In this document: positions 46,393 to 57,366 of the stretch, piece by piece
How the letters are laid out: every line of letters begins with the position of its first letter
Numbering within the stretch: the stretch's first letter is position 1
Assembly (NCBI GenBank): GCA_050948665.1
Contig: JBMNEH010000001.1
Span: 1,403,813 to 1,467,812 of the forward strand
Origin: Christensenellales bacterium
Lineage (GTDB): Bacteria; Bacillota; Clostridia; Christensenellales; UMGS416
DNA length: 64,000 nt
Direction of reading: 5' to 3'
The notes under the pieces: generated by a model
Told to the model about the DNA's origin: nothing
Database searches by the model: none
The model's input: only the letters and a program-made list of their open reading frames with translations
Made by a program: the position numbers and the translations under genes

Positions 46393-47652
46393 TTACTCCG
46401 TGCATCTGCAAATATCATTCTGGTACAGAGGATACTTTTCGCACATCTTCGTCACTATTTCCCGTACACAAGAAACTGCAACTCTTCCGTCCTTTACAAT
46501 ACGGGCAATTAATTCGGCTATTACTTTCATATCTTCAGTATTCAGGCCTCTTGTAGTTACGGCCGGTGTCCCCAGTCGCAGACCGCTGGTGATAAAAGGG
46601 CTCCGAGGATCATTTGGTATTGCATTTTTGTTGGCAGTTATACATGCATCATCCAGCAGGCGCTCCAGCTCCTTTCCGGTTACATTCTCCTCATGAAGGT
46701 CCAACAGCATCAGGTGATTATCAGTACCGCCCGACACAAGCGTAAGTCCATTGTCCAACAGACCCATTGCTAGCGCCTGCGCATTATCCAATATAGCCTG
46801 CTGATATACTTTAAATGATGGTTGCAAAGCCTCAAAAAACGCTATTGCCTTTGCGGCAATTATATGTTCCAAAGGCCCTCCTTGTGTGCCGGGAAAAATC
46901 GCCTTGTCAATTGCTTTAGCGTATTTTTTCTTGCAGAGAATCATACCGCCCCTTGGGCCACGGAGGGTTTTATGAGTTGTAGTAGTAATAAAGTCAGCAA
47001 AAGGCACTGGGTCCGGGTGGAGATCAGCTGCCACCAAACCAGCAATGTGTGCCATATCCACCATCAGAAGAGATTTGCATTCGTCGGCAATCTCTTTAAA
47101 ACGATCAAAGCGTATTATGCGAGGATACGCACTTGCGCCACAGACAATCATCTTTGGTTTGTGTTCCAGTGCTGTCGCCCGGACTTTATCGTAATCTATA
47201 TACCCCTGCGCGTCTACACCATACGGAACAAAGTTATAATACTTCCCCGACAGGTTCACGGGGCTGCCATGTGTTAAGTGGCCTCCTTCTGACAAACTCA
47301 TTCCCATAATTGTGTCTCCGGGATTCAACATAGCGAAATAGACGGCAAAATTAGCCTGTGCACCGGAATGTGGCTGCACATTTGCATGGTCTGCACCGAA
47401 AAGAGTACATGCTCGTTTTCTGGCAGTCTCTTCAATCTCATCAATGATCGTACACCCACCGTAGTAACGTTTTCCAGGGTAACCTTCCGCATATTTGTTA
47501 GTTAGATGGGAGCCCGCAGCAGCCATTACCGCAGGACTTACGAAGTTCTCGGAAGCAATAAGCTCCAAGTGTCCGCGCTGTCTGCTCAACTCGCGTTCCA
47601 TCATCTTTGCAATTTCCGGATCAGCTTGTTCAATCATCTTTAAGTCAATCAT
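46393..47652 (-). CDS. glyA: Serine hydroxymethyltransferase
   Basis: [18 protein letters not shown] and [14 protein letters not shown] (PLP lysine) motifs. Confidence 0.96.
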   Translation of the reverse strand: MIDLKMIEQADPEIAKMMERELSRQRGHLELIASENFVSPAVMAAAGSHLTNKYAEGYPGKRYYGGCTIIDEIEETARKRACTLFGADHANVQPHSGAQANFAVYFAMLNPGDTIMGMSLSEGGHLTHGSPVNLSGKYYNFVPYGVDAQGYIDYDKVRATALEHKPKMIVCGASAYPRIIRFDRFKEIADECKSLLMVDMAHIAGLVAADLHPDPVPFADFITTTTHKTLRGPRGGMILCKKKYAKAIDKAIFPGTQGGPLEHIIAAKAIAFFEALQPSFKVYQQAILDNAQALAMGLLDNGLTLVSGGTDNHLMLLDLHEENVTGKELERLLDDACITANKNAIPNDPRSPFITSGLRLGTPAVTTRGLNTEDMKVIAELIARIVKDGRVAVSCVREIVTKMCEKYPLYQNDICRCTE

Positions 47653-48137
47653 GACTTTTCTCCTTTGTTGGAAATACTACAATCCTCCGTTTGGTACGTT
47701 GGAGAATTAATCTTTTCGACTCGTATATGCTGCTTACGCCAACGTCGTAGGCGTCCATCCAGCAACCGCAACACAAGATAGCAAAGACCAGAAGTACCGA
47801 TTGCTAAAGCGGCGGCAGGAATTCCATCTCCCCAAAAAAGCGTCCCTACTACAATGCACAGTAGCAAAGCTACCAGCGGCACACCGTATAATAGCCAAGC
47901 TGATACGAAGAAATAGGTCCTGTCCATTATCAGTGTGACTTCATCCCCTTCTACCAAGCTACCTTCATCCGATATCGTCAGGCACATTTTCATTGATGAA
48001 GTAGAAGAAAGAACACCACAAGCTCCGCAATGCTCACATATGGCCTTTCTGGGAAAGTGAATTTCCACCTTCCCGTCCTCAACCTTAGCAACAATACCGA
48101 CCTCTCCACGCAGGGAGTCTTCATCACGTTTCTTCAT
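47649..48137 (-). CDS. RseC/MucC (SoxR-reducing system) family membrane protein
   Basis: N-terminal CEHCGACG motif followed by two TM helices. Its stop overlaps the glyA start. Confidence 0.65.
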   Translation of the reverse strand: MKKRDEDSLRGEVGIVAKVEDGKVEIHFPRKAICEHCGACGVLSSTSSMKMCLTISDEGSLVEGDEVTLIMDRTYFFVSAWLLYGVPLVALLLCIVVGTLFWGDGIPAAALAIGTSGLCYLVLRLLDGRLRRWRKQHIRVEKINSPTYQTEDCSISNKGEKS

Positions 48138-48351
48138 GCTTAACCTTTACACTTATACTAATACCAAAATCAGAAAGCTGTTTTAAATTGCCTTCAAAGG
48201 GGCTTCTTTCAGGAGACAACTGAGAGCTGCACCCTTGGAAAATCAATGATATCCTTGATATTCTCCGTTTCTGCCAAATCATCACCGTTCCCTGTAAATT
48301 CCCCCGTGAGGAAGTGTCTCAAAGCGGAAATCACTCTGCAATCCAATTATG

Positions 48352-49626
48352 TCACACCTTCAACTGCGCTTTTATCCAGGCAACGGCATTCGTAATTTCT
48401 ACTTCATTTTCTGTCCCATCGGCCATATTCCTCACCTTAGTAACGCCTTTCATCAGTTCGTTCTCCCCAATTACAGCGGTAAAACGGCAACCGATCTTAT
48501 CAGCATATTTCATTTGTGCCCTTAATGAACGCTCCATATGGTCTGTCTCTGTAGATATGCCGGCTTCTCTAAGATTACGCACCAATGCAAATCCGACTTC
48601 ACGGCAAACAGCGCCTAATGGAGCAACGTACACATCCGCCAACGGAGGTTCGGCAATTGACTTATCCCCATAACTTTGCAATGCTAAAAGAAGGCGTTCC
48701 ATACCCATACCAAAGCCGATGCCGGGTATATCTGCTCCGCTAATTTCCTGTATAAGTTTGTCATAACGGCCACCAGCACAAACCGCACTTTTGGCTCCAA
48801 TCGCCGGAGCAATAATTTCAAAAACCGTTCTTGTATAATAATCCAATCCCCGAACAAGAAGGGGATCCACCTCGTATTTAACGCCTAAATGATCCAACAA
48901 TCCGCACAATGCAGAAAAATGTGTCCTGCAATCCTCACACAAAAAGTCCATAACGTTCGGCGCTTCCGTCACTACCTGCTGGCAAGCCTTGCCTTTACAA
49001 TCAAATATACGAAGCGGATTCCTTTCCAATCGTCCCTTGCATGTTTCACATAAAATGTTCTTAAAAGCACTAAAATATTCCCTGAGCTTATCCATGTATG
49101 CCGGACGGCAGCAAGGGCAACCGATGGAATTCAAATGTACCTCAAGGCCATGTATGCCCAGCTTTTCTATAACAGAAAGTGCAAGCAGAATCACCTCGGC
49201 ATCGATAGTAGGCGCAGCACTGCCAAAGACTTCCACGCCGAACTGGTGATGCTCACGCAAACGTCCCGCTTGGGGCTGTTCGTAACGGAACATCGGAGAG
49301 TAGAGATAGTACATCTTTACAGGCATGGGCAAATTTGTCAGTCCCCGCTCTACAAATGTTCGAGCGACTCCGGCAGTGCCTTCAGGTTTTAATGTGAGAG
49401 AACGTCCGCCTTTGTCCTCAAAGGTGTACATTTCTTTCTGAACAATATCCGTCGTTGCACCAACTCCGCGAAGAAATAACTCGGTATGCTCGAAAACCGG
49501 AACACGGATTTCCCGAAAGCCGTAAAGTCGGCAAACCTCCCGCATGGTATCTTCTATGGAGTGCCAGCGGTAACTATCCTGAGGCAATACCTCCATCACA
49601 CCCTTAGGAGCTTTCGTAATCAACAT
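48352..49626 (-). CDS. hisS: Histidine--tRNA ligase
   Basis: KGVMEVLP, MYTFEDKGGRSLTLKPEGTAGVAR, FRYEQPQAGRLREHHQFG and GGRYD motifs. Confidence 0.96.
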   Translation of the reverse strand: MLITKAPKGVMEVLPQDSYRWHSIEDTMREVCRLYGFREIRVPVFEHTELFLRGVGATTDIVQKEMYTFEDKGGRSLTLKPEGTAGVARTFVERGLTNLPMPVKMYYLYSPMFRYEQPQAGRLREHHQFGVEVFGSAAPTIDAEVILLALSVIEKLGIHGLEVHLNSIGCPCCRPAYMDKLREYFSAFKNILCETCKGRLERNPLRIFDCKGKACQQVVTEAPNVMDFLCEDCRTHFSALCGLLDHLGVKYEVDPLLVRGLDYYTRTVFEIIAPAIGAKSAVCAGGRYDKLIQEISGADIPGIGFGMGMERLLLALQSYGDKSIAEPPLADVYVAPLGAVCREVGFALVRNLREAGISTETDHMERSLRAQMKYADKIGCRFTAVIGENELMKGVTKVRNMADGTENEVEITNAVAWIKAQLKV

Positions 49627-51080
49627 TAAACTTTCACCGTTCCTTTCAAAAAAAACTCTCTTTTACGGTCAAGCAATGTATTTAAATGAGAAAGATAATA
49701 ATCCACATTTTTGGGGTTTGCAAGCCGCTCATGCCTGTCTTCATCAAAGTACATCCTTCGGGAAATACTTCCCGCCCCCATAGCCACAATATGATGCGTC
49801 TCCTCCATCATATCTATGTTGTAACAACAGATTTTCCCAGGCAAAGAGTATCCGACATTTTCTAGGTTGCCTGTCATGTACTTCTGCCGGTAAAGGTAGT
49901 AAGGAAACATCCCCATTCCCCGTGCAGCATCTTCCCCCATAGACACCATCTCCTTGACGGTCTCAGCATCGGGAAGAGGATATCGATCCGGAAATTCGTG
50001 CAGTCTGGAGGATCTTTTCACAGAAAGCGTGTGTACTGTGAGATTATCAATTGGTAACACTTCTATCTTGCGCAAAGTATCCTCAGCTTGTTTAATAGTT
50101 TCTCCGGGTAATCCCATAATTAAATCCATGTTCACGCTCTGAAAGCCCATATGTCCCGCAATATCAAGAGTACGAATCACATCTTCGGCAGTATGACGCC
50201 GACCGATTAGCCTCAACGTGTTGTTTTGCATTGTCTGAGGATTTATGCTGATACGCTCCACTCCCGCATCCTTCATCATACTGAGCATAGCTTCATCCAT
50301 CGTGTCAGGACGGCCTGACTCTACGGTCCATTCCATTGCAGAGGGGAAACATTCTTGAAGGGCATTCAGTACCCTCCAAAGAGCTTCTGTACCGATGCTG
50401 GAGGGAGTACCGCCGCCAACATAGAGACATCCTGGCTTTTTCCCCATTTCCTTAAGTAAATCTGCAGTTTCCCGGATTTCTCTGAGCAAACCTTCAATAT
50501 ATGGTTCCACCAAGTCCCGCATACTCTTCCGGCTTAAATCTGCGCTCATAAAAGAACAATACAGGCATCTGCTCCGGCAAAAGGGAATACCCACATATAA
50601 GTCGGCAATGCCATCCTCACCCCATCGGTAAAAGCCGGCCTGGTTCAACACTATATCACGAACAAGGGCAGCTTTTGAATAGGTAACATCAAAAACATCC
50701 TGCATATTTTCAATAGCCAAGTTAAGATCACCGTACTCACGGATTAATTGTCGACATAAGCGCGTGGGGCGAATCCCCGTCAAGGATCCCCACGGCAACG
50801 TGATGCCGGTAACCTCTCGCAGAACATGATACAGACCAAGCTTGGCAGCTCTCCTTGTAAGTCGGAGTCCTTCCACTGTATCCTGCGATTGTGACGATGC
50901 TGCTGTATATGTGTAGGTTTTTTTAATCCCAGAAAGCGACAGTATAAAGGTGTGAACGTCCTTCACCGAAGTGCGAACTAGAGTATGCCTAATCTCAGCC
51001 GATTCCGGTAGAGCAGTTGAAAACACCCGTAGCGTTTCTTCTAATTCATGGAGCAAACGCATATCATTGGTCGTTACCAC
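49626..51080 (-). CDS. hemZ: Radical SAM coproporphyrinogen-dehydrogenase-like protein (HemZ/HemN family)
   Basis: GIPFCRSRCLYCSF (CxxxCxxC), GGGTPS, and synteny upstream of hisS. Confidence 0.8.
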   Translation of the reverse strand: MVTTNDMRLLHELEETLRVFSTALPESAEIRHTLVRTSVKDVHTFILSLSGIKKTYTYTAASSQSQDTVEGLRLTRRAAKLGLYHVLREVTGITLPWGSLTGIRPTRLCRQLIREYGDLNLAIENMQDVFDVTYSKAALVRDIVLNQAGFYRWGEDGIADLYVGIPFCRSRCLYCSFMSADLSRKSMRDLVEPYIEGLLREIRETADLLKEMGKKPGCLYVGGGTPSSIGTEALWRVLNALQECFPSAMEWTVESGRPDTMDEAMLSMMKDAGVERISINPQTMQNNTLRLIGRRHTAEDVIRTLDIAGHMGFQSVNMDLIMGLPGETIKQAEDTLRKIEVLPIDNLTVHTLSVKRSSRLHEFPDRYPLPDAETVKEMVSMGEDAARGMGMFPYYLYRQKYMTGNLENVGYSLPGKICCYNIDMMEETHHIVAMGAGSISRRMYFDEDRHERLANPKNVDYYLSHLNTLLDRKREFFLKGTVKV

Positions 51081-51700
51081 AAAAACCCTCCGGACACCTG
51101 TCGTATTGCTGCACCCAATTTTGATGATTTATCGTGTCCCGGAAGAAGCAGCAGGTCGCCGGGCAAGCCAGCCAACAGCCTTAGAGAGGCTTTCATATCG
51201 GATTTGTTCCCGCCAGGAAAATGTGTCGCGCCAATAGCATCGCTGAACAAAGTATCTCCGCTGCACAAATAGGGATCAGCGAGATAGCAAAGGCTTCCCG
51301 CTGTGTGCCCGGGAGTATGATAAACAAGAATTTCGCTATTACCAAGAGGGATTTTCTCCCCACCTGTCAACAACCTGTCCGGTATGCAACGATTAAGCGG
51401 CTTTTCAGAAAAAAAAGACATATTAAGGAAGTTATCCGCAAGCATATCCTCGTCACCGATTCCAATATAAACAGGTGCGCCGGTCATTCTTTTTAACATA
51501 TCCAATGCACCAATATGGTCGAAATGACCATGAGTGAGTAGTATAAAGCAAATTCGCAACCCAAGATTATCCGCTTGCGCTACTAGCTTTTCCGCACCAA
51601 AGTCAGCGTCCACGATGGCCGCCTCTTTCGATTCATCATCATATAACAAATATGCATTTCCTTGCATCCTCTTTGTGCGAACATGAATCATTCTCAGCAT
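51074..51700 (-). CDS. MBL-fold metallo-hydrolase
   Basis: The THGHFDH motif and later His/Asp ligands, 208 aa. Confidence 0.85.
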   Translation of the reverse strand: MLRMIHVRTKRMQGNAYLLYDDESKEAAIVDADFGAEKLVAQADNLGLRICFILLTHGHFDHIGALDMLKRMTGAPVYIGIGDEDMLADNFLNMSFFSEKPLNRCIPDRLLTGGEKIPLGNSEILVYHTPGHTAGSLCYLADPYLCSGDTLFSDAIGATHFPGGNKSDMKASLRLLAGLPGDLLLLPGHDKSSKLGAAIRQVSGGFLW

Positions 51701-52149
51701 TAGAAATCCTTCCGGCTGCTGAGTAGCAGTGTCACCGGGCCGTCATTACATAATTCGACAGCCATATCAGCCCCGAAAACTCCGGCTTTCGTGGGAATGC
51801 CCATACCTTGAAACAGAAGAATCGCCTTTTCATAATAGGCACGTCCGATATCCGGGTCTCCTGCAGCGGAAAAGCTCGGACGAGATCCATGCTTCAAATC
51901 AGCCATCAACGTGAACTGAGAGACGATAAGCAGACTACCTTTAACGGCATCCAACGACAGGTTCATTTTTCCGTTCTCATCCTCGAAAACTCGCAAACCC
52001 GCAATTTTTCGGCAAACATATTGTAAATCAAGATCATTATCACCCTGCTCAACCCCCAGGAATACCAAAAGCCCACAACCAATAGAACTAATCTCCTGAT
52101 TATCCACGGTAACCTTAGCATGAGATACACGTTGTATAACCGCTCTCAA
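51700..52149 (-). CDS. dtd: D-aminoacyl-tRNA deacylase
   Basis: MRAVIQRV N-terminus and SQFTL, with a GPVT-type C-terminus. Start assigned to the TTG at 52149, 7 nt after AGGGAGGG; the ORF-track GTG at 52158 lies inside that RBS. Confidence 0.9.
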   Translation of the reverse strand: MRAVIQRVSHAKVTVDNQEISSIGCGLLVFLGVEQGDNDLDLQYVCRKIAGLRVFEDENGKMNLSLDAVKGSLLIVSQFTLMADLKHGSRPSFSAAGDPDIGRAYYEKAILLFQGMGIPTKAGVFGADMAVELCNDGPVTLLLSSRKDF

Positions 52150-52166
52150 ATGTCGCACCCTCCCTC

Positions 52167-54329
52167 TTAGGCTTTCACACGATTCACTTTTATTACTTCC
52201 GGCAACTTGTGAAATTGCTTGATCAAATTATCCAACTGCACTTTATTACGAATCTCAACTACAAGCGAAATCAAAGCAACATTGTTTTTTCCCAGATGTG
52301 CGTTAATAGAAATTATCTTTGTGTTCATAGCCTGTATGATGTTAGAGATATCCACCAACAGACGAGGCTTGTCTTGTACCTCCATGTAGAGCTCAGCTTG
52401 ATAGCTTGAAGCGGCGTCCATTGCCCAGTCAACCTCAATGAACCGCTCGGGATCTATGCCCACATCCTGTAGATTTGGACAGTCAACGCGATGTACTGAA
52501 ACTCCTCTGCCCCGAGTAACAAAACCGATGATAGCATCCTGAGGAACCGGATTACAGCATTTTGCCAGCCTTACAAGCATACCGCTCTGCCCTTTTACTA
52601 TAATTCCGCTTGTTACCTGTCCCCGGGCAGCGGTCTGCTTTACAGAGGACGCTTCCCCTGTCGTTTCAGTTTCCTTCTTGTCCTCACTGCGATGTTGTTC
52701 GTATAGCCTATGTAACACCTGCCCCGGGGAAACACCTCCATACCCGATAGCGCTGTACATATCTTCCAAGGATTGAAAAGTATATTTAGTAAAAATGGGG
52801 TCAAGCCATTCTTGTCGTAATAAAGCGGAGGGAGCCACGCCCAAGCGCTTGCACCCCGCATCGAACATTGCCTTACCGCGCTCAATATTTTCTTCGCGCC
52901 GTTCTTTTTTTAACCAAGCACGTATTTTTGTACGCGCTTGCGGTGTCTTCGCAATATTGAGCCAGTCCCAGCTTGGGCCCTTCGATGCATTAGAAGTGAT
53001 AATCTCCACAATGTCGCCAGTTTTTAAGGGAGTATCCAAGGGGACCATCCGACCATTAACCTTCGACCCGACACATTTGTTGCCTATAGCAGAATGAATA
53101 CGATATGCAAAATCAATGGAATTGGCTCCAGTGGGCAATTCGATAACTAACCCCTTAGGAGTAAAAACGAATACCTCATCGGTAAACAAATCTACTTTCA
53201 ATGTGTTAATGAAATCCATGGAATCACTGGTCTCATCTTGCCATTCCAACATACGGCGAAGCCAAGAAAGTTTTACATCCACATCATTGGCATTGATCCG
53301 CTGTTCCTTATACATCCAGTGCGCTGCTATACCGTATTCAGCAGAACGGTGCATATCCCATGTGCGTATCTGAACCTCGAAGGGTATCCCCTCATGTCCG
53401 ATAAGTGTCGTATGGAGAGACTGGTACATATTGCTTTTCGGTACGGCGATATAGTCTTTAAACCTGCCCGGAATGGGTTTCCACAAAGTATGTACAATCC
53501 CTAACGCAGTATAGCAATCATTTTCCGTGTCGACAATGATACGTACCGCTATAAGGTCATAGATCTGGTCAAAAGGTCTATTTTGGAGATGCATCTTCCG
53601 ATAAATGGAATAATAATGCTTTGGTCGACCGTCTATCGAGCAATGGATACCGGCTTCCTCCAGTTTCTCCTTCAAAATATCGATGGTATGCCGAATAATC
53701 TCTTCCCGCTGAGAACGTTTTGCATCTACATGATTTTCAATTTCCCGGTACTTATCTGGATCTTTTGCCTTAAAAGCCAAGTCCTCCAACTGCCACTTAA
53801 TAGCGTACATGCCAAGTCTTGATGCTAAAGGAGCGAATATATCTAAGGTTTCCTTTGCTATACGCTTCTGCTTATCGGGAGGGCAATATTGCAAAGTACG
53901 CATATTATGTAATCTGTCAGCTAAGCGTATCAACACCACACGGATGTCATTAGCCATAGCCAGCAGCATTTTACGTAGACTTTCTGCCTGCTGTTCTTCC
54001 TTGCTGTCAAAGTCCAACTGACTTATTTTCGTAACTCCGTCGACCATCTCAGAAATTTCAGGGCCGAATTCCTGAAGAAGCTGCTCTTTTGTAACTGGCG
54101 TATCCTCTACCACGTCATGCAGCAACCCGGCACTGATTGTGGAAGAATCCATGCCGATGTCAAATAAAATCCGCGCTACTTCTACCGGGTGCACAATATA
54201 GGGGGCGCCGGATTCCCGTATCTGCCCCTTATGCGCGTCCTCGGCGAAACGATATGCTTTCTCTATCAGCGCCAGATTTGCCTTTGGTTGTTTTTCTGCA
54301 ATATACGCCAGTAAGTCGGTTTCCATCAA
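52167..54329 (-). CDS. relA: Bifunctional (p)ppGpp synthetase/hydrolase (RelA/SpoT homolog)
   Basis: HD domain (HPVEVA...LHDVVEDT), a synthetase domain (YRSLHT-like YQSLHTT), and TGS and ACT regions, 720 aa. Confidence 0.95.
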   Translation of the reverse strand: MMETDLLAYIAEKQPKANLALIEKAYRFAEDAHKGQIRESGAPYIVHPVEVARILFDIGMDSSTISAGLLHDVVEDTPVTKEQLLQEFGPEISEMVDGVTKISQLDFDSKEEQQAESLRKMLLAMANDIRVVLIRLADRLHNMRTLQYCPPDKQKRIAKETLDIFAPLASRLGMYAIKWQLEDLAFKAKDPDKYREIENHVDAKRSQREEIIRHTIDILKEKLEEAGIHCSIDGRPKHYYSIYRKMHLQNRPFDQIYDLIAVRIIVDTENDCYTALGIVHTLWKPIPGRFKDYIAVPKSNMYQSLHTTLIGHEGIPFEVQIRTWDMHRSAEYGIAAHWMYKEQRINANDVDVKLSWLRRMLEWQDETSDSMDFINTLKVDLFTDEVFVFTPKGLVIELPTGANSIDFAYRIHSAIGNKCVGSKVNGRMVPLDTPLKTGDIVEIITSNASKGPSWDWLNIAKTPQARTKIRAWLKKERREENIERGKAMFDAGCKRLGVAPSALLRQEWLDPIFTKYTFQSLEDMYSAIGYGGVSPGQVLHRLYEQHRSEDKKETETTGEASSVKQTAARGQVTSGIIVKGQSGMLVRLAKCCNPVPQDAIIGFVTRGRGVSVHRVDCPNLQDVGIDPERFIEVDWAMDAASSYQAELYMEVQDKPRLLVDISNIIQAMNTKIISINAHLGKNNVALISLVVEIRNKVQLDNLIKQFHKLPEVIKVNRVKA

Positions 54330-54334
54330 TCACC

Positions 54335-54850
54335 TTAATACTTTATTATCGAGTGGACTTTATACTTTGATAAGGTTTCCCGTCCGGTTAAATGAGTATA
54401 TTCTATCGAGAAGCCTACCCCCACAATAATTCCGCCGATAGACTCTACTAAGTTGCACACAGCTAATGCTGTTGCGCCGGTAGCCAAGAGGTCATCAATA
54501 ATCAGCACACGCATTCCGGGCGTAATAGCGTCCTTATGCACCTCGAGTTCATCTGTCTGCCCGTTCTCCGTCAGGTAGCGTATGCTACTGACCGGACCGG
54601 GAAGACGCCCAGGCCGTCGAAGCGGAACGAACCCGGCCTTCAATAAATAAGCCAGCGGTGCTCCAAGTAAGAATCCCCGGGCTTCAGGTGCCACAACAAC
54701 ATCCACAGGCTCCTCACCAACTTTATCTCTCATGGAATCAATCATTGCTGCATATGCTTCTGGATCTTTAAGAAGAGTGGTGATGTCCCTATATATCATT
54801 CCTGGCACGGGATAATCCCGAATGGGACGAATTTTCTCTTTAAAGTTCAT
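54335..54850 (-). CDS. apt: Adenine phosphoribosyltransferase
   Basis: VLIIDDLLATGATA PRPP motif, 171 aa. Confidence 0.94.
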   Translation of the reverse strand: MNFKEKIRPIRDYPVPGMIYRDITTLLKDPEAYAAMIDSMRDKVGEEPVDVVVAPEARGFLLGAPLAYLLKAGFVPLRRPGRLPGPVSSIRYLTENGQTDELEVHKDAITPGMRVLIIDDLLATGATALAVCNLVESIGGIIVGVGFSIEYTHLTGRETLSKYKVHSIIKY

Positions 54851-54860
54851 AGGGTACCTC

Positions 54861-57311
54861 CTAGTGTTGTTTCATATTCTCTGTTAGTATCTGGAGTCTT
54901 CGCCATACACTGCTTGCATTCAACTCCACCCGGCTAACCTTGTCAGGCAATGTTAACCAAGGTGCCGAGTGAATACGGAGCATAAGGCCGGTCTCCAAGA
55001 AAATACTGATTGCAATTGCCATCTTCCACCTAGGACATCCTAAACCTTCTGCAAGAGCATCTGTTATTGCGGTTATCGTAGAATACTGCGTTGTTCCCCG
55101 CAGAAAATCACGGCAATACACATACGCCTTCCGTAAAGAGAGTAAATCCCAAGGAGATGCCATTTCTTCCGGCCAACCACCTAGGTTGTCCCATATTATA
55201 GCGCCAATACGGACATTTTGCAATTCATTGCCCCACAAATTCGGACAAAACGGTAACATTATACGATCTGCCAATATAATACAGCGAAAGCCACGCAAAT
55301 CCACTTTCCTGCGTTCCGGTGCCAACAGTAGCGTATTGCCTCCGTCATAATCTTCCGGCAGAGTACCAACACAAATATGCAGATTTTTTAAGACAGATGC
55401 GAACCTCTCAGTAATCCCGATCATCTTTGCCGCTTGAGGATCACTGCATAAAACCAGGCAACCGTATGGACTCTCGTTGAGCAAAGCAACTGCGTCTTGA
55501 GATGACAATTTATCAATCCGATCTGTTGCGATCTCATCAGTAAAGTATATTTGTTCCCAGAAACTGCGCCGCATGGATGGGAGATTCGCATCTATGATAT
55601 TCAGCAGATGTTTGCCCGAATCAGAGGGTTGAATTTCACAGATAGACACCTGTAAATTCGTCTGACCGCGAAATAGATGTTCCCGCGGCTCCAGTATCGC
55701 ATCATATGTTTCCATGCCAAAGCTCCATTGTTCAGGAGGCTTTTTGCGGAAAGCGACAGCAGCAACAGAGGTTCCGTCCTGCGTAAGTATTCCACGATAA
55801 TGTGTTCTATCCGCACCCATCAGCACTACATCATTCAACAGCACCTGCTCTACCAGCAAACGCGGCACAGGATTCCCTTGGCCAAAGGGCTCCATCTTCT
55901 GAATCAGACGAACGGAATCCAGCGAAATCTCCTCCAGAGATATTCTTTTGTCATAGTACTCTACTGGAAGAAAACAGTCAGCAGGTGCTTTGTCAAGCAC
56001 AGAGAGGAAAGCAGCACGGAAAGCATGATAATTCTCAGATCGAATGGATACTCCTCCCGCCATTTCATGGCCACCGCCAGTCACTAAAAGACTCTCGCAA
56101 GCCTGAAGAGCTTTAAAAATGGGAACTCCGGGAACAGACCTGCAAGAGCCGTACAAAACATCTCCGTCTCCACCTAATAAGATTGTTGGTCGATAGTATT
56201 TTTTAACAAAATATGCAGCAGCCAAGCCAAGAAGACCTGTTTTCCACTCCGGATTCCATAACACGATTCCTCGGTCAATGCAAGGGCTCCACTCCTGCTT
56301 AAGCTGCTTCTCCGCCTCCTCTATCAATAAATCAGAAGCATCACGCCTGTTTTGATTCAACCTTTCCAACTGTAAAGCAATATCCTTAGCTTCGTCGTCA
56401 TCCATTGAGAGCAGCAGTTCAACACAGCGATTCGCAGTGTCCATCCGCCCTGCCGCATTGAGACGGGGAGCAAACTGGTATGCCAGCTTTTCTGCAGTAA
56501 TAGACTCCCCTGGCTTTAAAGCAAACATAGATAACGCCCGCAAACCCGGTCGAAGATTTTCATTCATACGAGCAATACCCAAAGCTACAATCGCACGATT
56601 TTCACCTATAAGAGGTACCATATCCGCAACAGTTGCCAACGCCATCAGGTCCAAAGATTCCTCCATAGAATCATAGCCAAGCAGGTATTCTACCAGTTTG
56701 CCGGCAGTTGCAGCCCCGCATAGGTCACGAAACCTATATTTCTGGTCTTCTCTTTTAGGCGAAATTACCGCATCAGCAGGCGGAAGCGTTCCATTCATCT
56801 CATGATGATCTGTAACAATAGTTCGCATCCCCAAAGAAGAAGCCAGTGCAATTTCTCGGGCGGACGAAATGCCGCAGTCCACAGTGATCAGGAGCTTTGT
56901 TCCTTTTCCGGCAATTTCACGAATTGCATTTTCATTTAAACCATATCCTTCTGATTGCCGATCCGGAATATACCACTGCACATCAGAAACTCCTAAATAT
57001 ACTGTTAGGCAATTATATAGTATGGCAACAGCGCATACTCCGTCAACATCATAATCTCCGTAAATACATATTCTTTCTCCTTTTGTTGCGGCATCTTCCA
57101 GCAAATTTGCAGCTTGTCGCATGCCCTCCATTTCTCCGGCATCCCTTAGCTGCTCGGAAGACGGAGAAAGATACTCTTGTAACAGCTCAAGCGTGTTGAT
57201 CCCCCTGCCATAGAGTATCTCCGCAAGGAGACCGGGTGCGCCCATCTTTTCCGCTGATTTGAGATATTTGGCGGGAATTATATTCTGTTCTGTTCTTTGT
57301 ATAAATCTCAT
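54861..57311 (-). CDS. recJ: Single-stranded-DNA-specific exonuclease RecJ (long form)
   Basis: DHH motifs (IYGDYDVDG, ITVDCG, VTDHH), a DHHA1 domain (GGHEMAGG), and a long C-terminal extension. Confidence 0.92.
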   Translation of the reverse strand: MRFIQRTEQNIIPAKYLKSAEKMGAPGLLAEILYGRGINTLELLQEYLSPSSEQLRDAGEMEGMRQAANLLEDAATKGERICIYGDYDVDGVCAVAILYNCLTVYLGVSDVQWYIPDRQSEGYGLNENAIREIAGKGTKLLITVDCGISSAREIALASSLGMRTIVTDHHEMNGTLPPADAVISPKREDQKYRFRDLCGAATAGKLVEYLLGYDSMEESLDLMALATVADMVPLIGENRAIVALGIARMNENLRPGLRALSMFALKPGESITAEKLAYQFAPRLNAAGRMDTANRCVELLLSMDDDEAKDIALQLERLNQNRRDASDLLIEEAEKQLKQEWSPCIDRGIVLWNPEWKTGLLGLAAAYFVKKYYRPTILLGGDGDVLYGSCRSVPGVPIFKALQACESLLVTGGGHEMAGGVSIRSENYHAFRAAFLSVLDKAPADCFLPVEYYDKRISLEEISLDSVRLIQKMEPFGQGNPVPRLLVEQVLLNDVVLMGADRTHYRGILTQDGTSVAAVAFRKKPPEQWSFGMETYDAILEPREHLFRGQTNLQVSICEIQPSDSGKHLLNIIDANLPSMRRSFWEQIYFTDEIATDRIDKLSSQDAVALLNESPYGCLVLCSDPQAAKMIGITERFASVLKNLHICVGTLPEDYDGGNTLLLAPERRKVDLRGFRCIILADRIMLPFCPNLWGNELQNVRIGAIIWDNLGGWPEEMASPWDLLSLRKAYVYCRDFLRGTTQYSTITAITDALAEGLGCPRWKMAIAISIFLETGLMLRIHSAPWLTLPDKVSRVELNASSVWRRLQILTENMKQH

Positions 57312-57327
57312 ATTTCCTCCATATACA

Positions 57328-57358
57328 GGGAAAGGGCTTCCTTTCGAAGCCCTTTCCC
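57328..57358 (-). terminator. Strong hairpin between secF and recJ (no U-run)
   Basis: GGGAAAGGGCTTC / GAAGCCCTTTCCC, a 13-bp perfect stem with a 5-nt loop, in the 55-nt secF-recJ gap. Confidence 0.4.
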
Positions 57359-57366
57359 GGGGATGA

